Source: a virus. Taken from it: DNA of 6,321 nucleotides. The DNA lies in IMG/VR virus record IMGVR_UViG_3300045988_033151, positions 1 to 6,321 of that record, one strand, 5' to 3'. Below the pieces are notes generated by a model that searched no databases, was not told the DNA's origin, and worked only from the letters and a program-made list of their open reading frames with translations. Made by a program: the position numbers and the translations under genes. Shown here piece by piece: positions 1 to 5,443 of this stretch (positions within the stretch are counted from its first letter, which is position 1; each line of letters begins with the position of its first letter).

Positions 1-248
1 GCGGAATATTCGGAGGAAAGGGAGTATCAAAAAAGGACCAATTAGAAATCATGAATAAGCAACACGGATATGAATTGGAGAACATGGATTACCAAGCGAA
101 GCTTAACGAAGAAATGGCACAGAGAAACCAAGAACGCCAAAATGAATATTTCGGAATGACAGCAGAATATAATTCCGCAAAGAACCAAAAACAAAGATTA
201 ACAGACGCAGGATTAAACCCAGCGTTAATGTACGGAAGCGCAGGAAGC
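1..248. repeat. Terminal redundancy, left copy; circular-genome assembly overlap identical to 6074-6321
   Basis: I compared both ends of the block by eye. gcggaatattcggaggaaaggg... begins at nt 1 and at nt 6074, and ...atgtacggaagcgcaggaagc ends at nt 248 and at nt 6321. Confidence 0.9.
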
Positions 249-1031
249 GGCGGAGCAGGCACAGGAAGCACAGGAGGAGCAGCTGGAAACGGTGTCGGAT
301 TGTCACAAGCGCAAGCAGTAGGTATGGGACTTCAATTAAGCCAAATCAAGGCACAAACGAATCTAATGAATGCAGAAAGCGCCAAAGCATACGCAGAAGC
401 GAATAAAATCAAAGGAGTTGACACAGAGGCCGCAAGACAAGGAATCAAAGAAAGCGAAACAAGAATCGATGAAATAATTGCAAAAATACCCTCAGAAAAA
501 CAACAATATTACGTGGGTAAGGCATACGAAGAATCACTCAAGGCAGCTAAGGAGTTAAGCGAAAACCTAGCAGCAAAAACAGACCAAGAAAGATTAAACC
601 TCAAGGTACAAGAACATATACTATTCAAGGAGTTTGATAAATTGGTTGCTGAAATTGACGGTATAAACTTGGATAACGACCAAAAAACTATTATCAAAAA
701 CTCATTACAAAAAAGTATAAATTCTCAAATATACCTAAACACAATGAAAGCAATAGAAGCGGAAGCCAATGCCAAATTCACAAAAGAAAATATGAAAACT
801 ATCCAAGGGCAACTAGACCTATGGGTAGCACAAGCCGAAAATTGGAAAGGCCAGAGGGAAAACGTCCTAAAACAAATCGAAGCACAAGTAGAGCAATGGA
901 ACAAGGAAAATAAATTTACAGAAAAAAAATTAAATATGGAAGAAACAAGGCTTATAGCAGATATAATTCTAAGAAGCCTAGAGAGTGTGCAGAAAATCGG
1001 TCAAATAGTAGGAACAACAATGATTAGGTAA
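1..1031 (+). CDS. VP2: VP2 minor capsid / DNA pilot protein, continuation; left end is cut by the window and the first full codon starts at nt 3. The full protein is 370 aa in circular coordinates (5992..6073 + 1..1031)
   Basis: The reading frame is open from nt 3. It has a Gly/Ala/Ser-rich tract (SAGSGGAGTGSTGGAAGNGVG) followed by a long charged, heptad-like helical region, the usual architecture of Microviridae H/VP2 pilot proteins. Met51 in the ORF track is an internal Met. Stop TAA is at 1029-1031. Confidence 0.8.
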   Translation, partial: GIFGGKGVSKKDQLEIMNKQHGYELENMDYQAKLNEEMAQRNQERQNEYFGMTAEYNSAKNQKQRLTDAGLNPALMYGSAGSGGAGTGSTGGAAGNGVGLSQAQAVGMGLQLSQIKAQTNLMNAESAKAYAEANKIKGVDTEAARQGIKESETRIDEIIAKIPSEKQQYYVGKAYEESLKAAKELSENLAAKTDQERLNLKVQEHILFKEFDKLVAEIDGINLDNDQKTIIKNSLQKSINSQIYLNTMKAIEAEANAKFTKENMKTIQGQLDLWVAQAENWKGQRENVLKQIEAQVEQWNKENKFTEKKLNMEETRLIADIILRSLESVQKIGQIVGTTMIR

Positions 1032-1032
1032 T

Positions 1033-2037
1033 ATGTGTTTATATCCAAGATTAATACCAAATCCTAAATACAGGACGTCCAAGAAGAGAGGGTACTACAA
1101 ACCCTCTCCACATGACGCAAGACTAAATTATGTGCCGGTAGCATGCGGAAAATGCTACGAATGTAGAAAAAAGAAAGTTAGAGAGTGGAGAATCAGACTA
1201 GCGGAAGAAATCAGGCACAACAAGAGCTATTTTATAACGTTAACAATTGATGACGACAGCTTTGAGATGTTGAAAAACGAACTAGAAGTAAAATCTACCA
1301 AGGGAAACGAAAATAATATAGCAACAATAGCACTAAGAAAATTCCTAGAAAGATGCAGAAAAAAAACAGGGAAATCATTAAAACACTGGTGTGTAACAGA
1401 ATTAGGAGAAGACAGAGGGAGATTACATCTACATGGAATATTCTTCGGAGATAATGCAGCAGAATTAGCGATTGAAAAATGGAAATACGGATTTGTATTT
1501 ATTGGAAGCTTCGTAAACGAGAGAACAATTAACTATATAAGCAAGTATATGTTGAAGGACGATTTAAACAATAGAGAATTTACAGGGAAAGTATTAACAA
1601 GTGCAGGAATAGGGAAGCAATACTTCGAACGAGGAGATTGGAAATTAAACAAGTACAATGAAAAAAATACAAGAGAATATTACGTGTTTAAAAATGGTGC
1701 TAGAGCAATGATGCCAAGGTATTACAGGGACAAAATCTATAGTGAAGAAGAAAAAGAATTACTCTGGCTACAGAAACTAGATAAAGGTGATACATGGGTG
1801 ATGGGAGAAAAATGTAAGATAGATTCAGACGAATATAAAAATCTACTAAGTTACTACAGAGAGCAAGCAAAACAGATACACGGAGACAATGTGACTCTAT
1901 GGAAAGAAAAACAATATTGGAAAAGACTGGAAAAACAAAGAAGTATGTACAGAAAACGAAGAAATATGAACGAATATATCGACAGACAAACAGCAGAGAG
2001 AATTAACAACTACGAGATTGGTTGCTGTCCATTCTGA
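1033..2037 (+). CDS. VP4: VP4 rolling-circle replication initiation protein (HUH endonuclease superfamily, Microviridae gpA/VP4 type)
   Basis: Motif 1 is YFITLTIDD. The HUH motif RLHLHGIFF has H-L-H at nt 1426-1434. The catalytic double tyrosine Y-ISK-Y (YxxxY, as in phiX174 gpA) lies at nt 1534-1548 within INYISKYMLK. There is an N-terminal CGKCYECRKKK Cys cluster. The ATG lies 1 nt after the VP2 stop, which suggests coupling. Confidence 0.9.
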   Translation: MCLYPRLIPNPKYRTSKKRGYYKPSPHDARLNYVPVACGKCYECRKKKVREWRIRLAEEIRHNKSYFITLTIDDDSFEMLKNELEVKSTKGNENNIATIALRKFLERCRKKTGKSLKHWCVTELGEDRGRLHLHGIFFGDNAAELAIEKWKYGFVFIGSFVNERTINYISKYMLKDDLNNREFTGKVLTSAGIGKQYFERGDWKLNKYNEKNTREYYVFKNGARAMMPRYYRDKIYSEEEKELLWLQKLDKGDTWVMGEKCKIDSDEYKNLLSYYREQAKQIHGDNVTLWKEKQYWKRLEKQRSMYRKRRNMNEYIDRQTAERINNYEIGCCPF

Positions 2038-2045
2038 CATACGAA

Positions 2046-2070
2046 GTTCTCGAGGTTCTCGAGGTTCTCG
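2046..2070. repeat. 9-bp tandem repeat GTTCTCGAG x2 plus a partial third copy (GTTCTCG); the two full units each contain a CTCGAG palindrome
   Basis: Units read directly at 2046-2054, 2055-2063 and 2064-2070. CTCGAG lies at 2049-2054 and 2058-2063. The repeat begins 9 nt after the VP4 stop codon. Related TTCCTC(A/G)C motifs recur at 2106-2113 and 2126-2133. Confidence 0.85.
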
Positions 2071-2084
2071 CTACACATGTAGGT

Positions 2085-2097
2085 GTTGCTTCGCAAC
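2085..2097. other. Small hairpin GTTGC-TTC-GCAAC, next to the near-palindrome CTACAcaTGTAG at 2071-2082
   Basis: Read directly. The hairpin has a 5-bp stem and 3-nt loop. The adjacent 12-nt near-palindrome has only its central pair mismatched. Confidence 0.5.
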
Positions 2098-2154
2098 TCA
2101 TTATTTTCCTCACTTTGTTCGGCCGTTCCTCGCTCTCCCAGCTCGTCACTCAGG

Positions 2155-2178
2155 CACGCTCGACCCGGTCGAGACGTG
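2155..2178. other. GC-rich stem-loop: CACGCTCGAC / GTCGAG(A)CGTG, 10 bp with one bulged A and a 3-nt CCG loop
   Basis: Base pairs checked individually: 2159-2164 pair with 2168-2173, and 2155-2158 pair with 2175-2178, with A2174 bulged. TCAGGC hexamers flank it at 2150-2155 and 2187-2192. Confidence 0.7.
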
Positions 2179-2193
2179 TAGTAGTATCAGGCT

Positions 2194-2215
2194 GTTCTTT
2201 GTCTCGGCAAAGAAC
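2194..2215. other. Stem-loop GTTCTTTG-TCTCGG-CAAAGAAC (8-bp perfect stem, 6-nt loop)
   Basis: Read directly: 2194-2201 pair with 2208-2215. No T-tract follows immediately, so it does not look like a classical intrinsic terminator. Confidence 0.65.
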
Positions 2216-2258
2216 CAAACCGACCCCTTCTCTCATTTTTTATTAGCAATGCTGATAG

Positions 2259-2282
2259 AGAAGTGTTAAAGAAGTGTTAAAG
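2259..2282. repeat. 11-bp perfect tandem repeat AGAAGTGTTAA x2.2, just upstream of the promoter-like motif; candidate operator or UP-like element
   Basis: Units at 2259-2269 and 2270-2280, with a partial copy at 2281-2282. The period of 11 bp is about one helical turn. The repeat ends 11 nt before the TTTG at 2294. Confidence 0.8.
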
Positions 2283-2293
2283 TCAGTCATTTG

Positions 2294-2325
2294 TTTGGTT
2301 GGCTTATATTTTCGTGTTATCTTTG
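2294..2325 (+). promoter_or_regulatory. Candidate Bacteroides-type sigma-A promoter: -33 TTTG (2294-2297), 20-nt spacer, -7 TAnnTTTG (TATCTTTG, 2318-2325)
   Basis: It matches the published Bacteroides consensus (TTTG ... TAnnTTTG). I found no other exact TAnnTTTG when scanning the window by eye. It sits in an intergenic region about 50 nt upstream of the first ORF (2375) of the + strand gene string. Confidence 0.5.
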
Positions 2326-2374
2326 TGGTGTGAGAAAGAGATAAACACCATTAACAAACAAAAAACTTACAATT

Positions 2375-2596
2375 ATGGAAAGAGAAATAGAAATAAAAGC
2401 TAAAGAAAATGACTCATACAAACTAATCCTCAAGCTAGAGTTAAGCAAAGATGACGAAGAATTACTAAAGAAAAAATTCAACTTACTTGCGTTATCACCA
2501 AAATTAAACAATGAACAGAGCGAAGTAATTGAAACACTATTCGGATATCATTGGTATAAAAATTGTGAAATCAATATAATTAAACAATATGAATAA
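2375..2596 (+). CDS. Hypothetical protein, 73 aa (ORFan, charged and helical-looking)
   Basis: This is the first ATG ORF after the promoter-like motif. Its stop overlaps the next ORF start in ATGAATAA, an 8-nt overlap typical of coupled phage genes. I recognise no family. Confidence 0.55.
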   Translation: MEREIEIKAKENDSYKLILKLELSKDDEELLKKKFNLLALSPKLNNEQSEVIETLFGYHWYKNCEINIIKQYE

Positions 2597-2840
2597 GATT
2601 TACAGCGTATTAAGAATAGACTCTTGGAATAATGCTCAAGAAGTCTATACAGGAAGAATTAGAGACTGCAAAAAAAGTCTAAAAACTATAGGGGAAGAAT
2701 ATAAGAAAAGAGGATGGGAAGTAAAAAACTACGACTTCACATTAATCCTAAGATCAAATGCGTCAGACGATAAGAGATGCACATATTTAATACATTGTCC
2801 TGAATATGAGAAACAATACAATAGCTGTTATAGCGGATAA
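2589..2840 (+). CDS. Hypothetical protein, 83 aa (ORFan)
   Basis: ATG start overlaps the stop of the 2375 ORF. It is on the same strand as all other genes, and the residue composition looks globular (W, Y, C, mixed charge). I recognise no family. Confidence 0.55.
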   Translation: MNKIYSVLRIDSWNNAQEVYTGRIRDCKKSLKTIGEEYKKRGWEVKNYDFTLILRSNASDDKRCTYLIHCPEYEKQYNSCYSG

Positions 2841-2974
2841 AGAAACGGGGGTCGTAAAATCCATAGAAATGGAAATTATAACCTCAAGAACAATAAAGGA
2901 ACAAATCATGTAGGAGTGCAAAGAAAGCATGAGAAAAATGATTAATAAAAGAAAATATAAAATATTAACCATAA

Positions 2975-3181
2975 ATGTATAATTATATGACTAAAGAGCA
3001 AAAAGAAAAATTAGTTACAGCAGTAGTAACTTTCATTACTACAGTATTAAGTATTCTATTCTTACAGGCATGTACAATGAGTATGAGTATAGCGAAAAAC
3101 AATAACGGCACTTTCGAACAAAGGCATGAAAACAGTACTAACGTGGATAGTACGAAAATTAATAACAATTTTAATAAGTAA
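2975..3181 (+). CDS. Small membrane-anchored protein or putative lipoprotein, 68 aa (alternative start at Met5, nt 2987)
   Basis: It has a charged n-region (TKEQKEK), an 18-residue hydrophobic stretch LVTAVVTFITTVLSILFL (nt 3011-3064), then Q-A-C with Cys33 at nt 3071-3073 (lipobox-like L-Q-A-C), followed by a polar N/S/T-rich tail. Confidence 0.6.
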   Translation: MYNYMTKEQKEKLVTAVVTFITTVLSILFLQACTMSMSIAKNNNGTFEQRHENSTNVDSTKINNNFNK

Positions 3182-3186
3182 AAATT

Positions 3187-3423
3187 ATGGAAAGAAATGG
3201 AATGAACTTATTCAGAGTCGAGAAAACAAAAGTAAACGAAGAGGAAAGATTCGTAATCGTATGCGGAAAATATCGCGCGTCAAAAATGGAATTCAAAACA
3301 AAAGAAAATGCAGAAGACTACATTGCAAACATGATAGACTGGGACATGTTAGTGACCATTGTAGGACAACTAAGCGAATATACCGCAGAAAAAAAAGTAA
3401 ACGAAATGTTAAACAATAAATAA
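3187..3423 (+). CDS. Hypothetical protein, 78 aa (ORFan)
   Basis: It starts 5 nt after the previous stop and ends 8 nt before VP1. The sequence looks protein-like, with hydrophobic core segments (FVIVCGKY, MIDWDMLVTIVGQL). I recognise no family. Confidence 0.6.
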   Translation: MERNGMNLFRVEKTKVNEEERFVIVCGKYRASKMEFKTKENAEDYIANMIDWDMLVTIVGQLSEYTAEKKVNEMLNNK

Positions 3424-3431
3424 ATAAAACT

Positions 3432-5432
3432 ATGGTCAAGAAAACTATCGGAAAAAACACGCTGGGTGACAACAACAAAATGAAAGTCGCTATGCGTGAC
3501 TACGAGAGAAGTACACATAACCTCTCATACGTCTGGAGAAATACACAAGCACCGGGAACACTAGTACCTTGTATGAAAATTCTAGCAACACCAGGAACAA
3601 CATACAAAATTAAAGCAAACAGCCATATTCTAACACATCCTACAGTAGGCCCTCTATTCGGGGCGTATAAATTTCAGATGGATATATTTACCGTGCCGAT
3701 CAGGCTTTATAACGCACTGCTTCACAACAATGCATTAAATGTAGGACTTGATATGGCGAAAGTAAAATTTCCGAAATTTGCCATAACATTAGGGAAAGAT
3801 AGTTCTAAAACTCCATGGAGCAGCAGTAGTTTGCTAGCATACTTAGGTTTCAGAAACAAGGGTAGAGAATTATCGGATTCACTAGAGTTTACGCACAAAT
3901 TTAATGCTATTCCTGCAATCGCATATTATGACATTTTTAAAAATTACTATGCAAACAAACAGGAAGAAGATTTCTACACAATCGGACTAGGCAAAACCGT
4001 AGAATTACCTTATCCAAATAACGAAAGCAATGCGATAAAGGTAATGATTAAACCGGGAGGGGGAGCAGGTTGGCTTTTGTCGAAAGCAAACTCAATCGAC
4101 ACTTATACCATAAAAACAGGGTATGATTCTGCAATTATAGAAGTCGGGAACTCCATATTCCCTGCTGATGGAAATATAGAAGATTTAGTATTATTAGGTG
4201 AGTATGGAGGGAAACCAGGCAGTTCAACGCAATACGTACAAATTACGGCGAAACAAGCAGCAGGAAGCAAGAGAATCGAATATGCAAATAACATCTGGCA
4301 GATACCATTCACTATTACAGACGACCCTAATAACAGAATATTTACGCTCAAAGCGATTAAAACATCAGGAGCAGTCACGTTAAAGTCTCATCCATTAAAA
4401 GATATTGATAAGACTAGAGAAGAAATACTATCACTAGGCAGCCAAGAGGGATTAATTCAATTCGAAGCAAAGAAAGGGAATATTACCCAAGAATATCTCA
4501 AAGACCTTATTCAAGTAGGAACAGAATTTTATAGTTCAAATCCTCAAATGGGGCTAGCTGTAAAAACTTATCAATCAGATATTTTTAACAATTGGATTAA
4601 TACAGAATGGATTGACGGAGAAAACGGAATCAATGCAATTACAGCAGTAGATGTATCAGAAGGTAAGTTGGAATTAGACACGTTGATTCTAGCAAAAAAA
4701 GTTTACAATATGCTTAACAGAATCGCAATCAGCGGAGGAACTTACAATGATTGGATTGAAACAGTATATACAACCGATTATGTAAGTAGAAGCGAAATCC
4801 CTGAATATCAAGGAGGTATGTCTAGCGAAATTCAATTCCAAGAAGTTGTAAGTAATAGCGCAACAGAGGAAGAACCGCTAGGAACACTAGCAGGCCGAGG
4901 AATTAACGTAGGTAAAAAAGGTGGAGACATTACAGTAAAAGTTACAGAACCATGTTACCTAATGGGTATATGTAGTATCACGCCAAGAGTAGATTACTCT
5001 CAAGGAAATGATTTTGATATAATGCTAGATAACCTCGACCAAATTCACAAACCGCAACTCGACCAAATCGGTTTTCAAGACTTGCTCACGTGGAAAATGG
5101 ATGCAAACCAAATTGTGTATGAAAATGGTGTACTAAAGGAATATAGCGTAGGGAAACAACCTGCATGGATAGACTACATGACGAATTACAATAAAACATA
5201 CGGTAATTTTGCAGTAGGAGAATCAGAGTCATTCATGGTACTAAACCGAATATACCAAACAGAGTGGGAGGAAAATACGCCGAAATTAAACAATTCAACC
5301 TATATTGATCCACAAGCATATAATTATGTATTTGCAGATACAGATTTACAGAGTATGAATTTTTGGGTACAAATCGGATTTGATATCGAAGCGCGAATTG
5401 TAATGAGTGCCAAAGTAATGCCAACACTTTAA
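3432..5432 (+). CDS. VP1: VP1 major capsid protein (Microviridae F/VP1 jelly-roll), 666 aa; an alternative start at Met17 (nt 3480) is possible
   Basis: It is the largest ORF. The sequence shows characteristic microvirus capsid blocks: HNLSYVWRNTQAPGTLVP, THPTVGPLFGAYKFQMDIFTVPIRLY, AIPAIAYYDIFKNYYAN, KTYQSDIFNNW and RIAISGGTYNDWIETVY. Confidence 0.9.
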   Translation: MVKKTIGKNTLGDNNKMKVAMRDYERSTHNLSYVWRNTQAPGTLVPCMKILATPGTTYKIKANSHILTHPTVGPLFGAYKFQMDIFTVPIRLYNALLHNNALNVGLDMAKVKFPKFAITLGKDSSKTPWSSSSLLAYLGFRNKGRELSDSLEFTHKFNAIPAIAYYDIFKNYYANKQEEDFYTIGLGKTVELPYPNNESNAIKVMIKPGGGAGWLLSKANSIDTYTIKTGYDSAIIEVGNSIFPADGNIEDLVLLGEYGGKPGSSTQYVQITAKQAAGSKRIEYANNIWQIPFTITDDPNNRIFTLKAIKTSGAVTLKSHPLKDIDKTREEILSLGSQEGLIQFEAKKGNITQEYLKDLIQVGTEFYSSNPQMGLAVKTYQSDIFNNWINTEWIDGENGINAITAVDVSEGKLELDTLILAKKVYNMLNRIAISGGTYNDWIETVYTTDYVSRSEIPEYQGGMSSEIQFQEVVSNSATEEEPLGTLAGRGINVGKKGGDITVKVTEPCYLMGICSITPRVDYSQGNDFDIMLDNLDQIHKPQLDQIGFQDLLTWKMDANQIVYENGVLKEYSVGKQPAWIDYMTNYNKTYGNFAVGESESFMVLNRIYQTEWEENTPKLNNSTYIDPQAYNYVFADTDLQSMNFWVQIGFDIEARIVMSAKVMPTL

Positions 5433-5443
5433 TATTTTATAAC

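Larger units (their letters stand above)
2038..2258. other. Noncoding compositional island, GC-rich, pyrimidine-rich and A-poor on the + strand; function unknown (candidate origin / priming signal / structured RNA)
   Basis: My hand count of 2041-2240 gives A35 C61 G42 T62, which is 51.5% GC and 17.5% A. A sampled coding stretch (361-420) has about 45% A. There is no credible ORF on either strand, and the region is dense in repeats and hairpins (listed separately). Confidence 0.7.

Noticed and set aside
1-248. The terminal direct repeat read as a biological DTR, an LTR or a gene duplication
   Set aside because: The repeat is exact, sits precisely at the two window ends, and cuts through the VP2 coding frame. 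That pattern is what a circular genome linearised with overlap produces, and microvirus virions contain circular ssDNA.
2038-2082. Readthrough extension of VP4 past its TGA stop
   Set aside because: The in-frame extension is only 14 codons (HTKFSRFSRFSLHM) before a TAG at 2080. It consists of the tandem repeat, and I see no recoding signal.
2117-2192. Possible cloning-vector (ColE1/pUC backbone) contamination, suggested by the shared words TTCCTCGCTC, GTTCGGC and GTATCAG
   Set aside because: Only short words are shared, their order and spacing differ, and the intervening sequence is different. That is far below what contamination would give. I keep it only as a weak functional analogy in the island finding.
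2194-2241. The hairpin at 2194-2215 read as the intrinsic terminator of VP4
   Set aside because: The T-run (2236-2241) lies about 20 nt downstream of the stem, not adjacent to it, and the hairpin is about 160 nt past the stop codon. It does not fit a canonical rho-independent terminator.
2140-2260. Hammerhead-like ribozyme cores (CUGA-type words: ctgatagag on the + strand; ctgagtgacgag and ctgatac on the - strand)
   Set aside because: None matches the CUGANGA ... GAAA core, and none has appropriately placed helices.
2018-2269. Two + strand ORFs in the track (2018..2269, 83 aa, and 2022..2246, 74 aa) that cover the GC-rich island
   Set aside because: Both start at TTG, not ATG, inside the last codons of VP4. 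Two frames stay open simultaneously because the island is A-poor, so stop codons are rare. The products are low-complexity R/S/C/H/F-rich strings, and both ORFs end in the TAA of the 11-bp repeat. I treat the region as noncoding.
4198-4383. A + strand 61-aa ORF in an alternative frame inside VP1
   Set aside because: It is short, lies inside the variable insertion of VP1, and has no distinctive features. Its K/R/Q-rich composition is expected from an A-rich alternative frame, and nothing supports overprinting.
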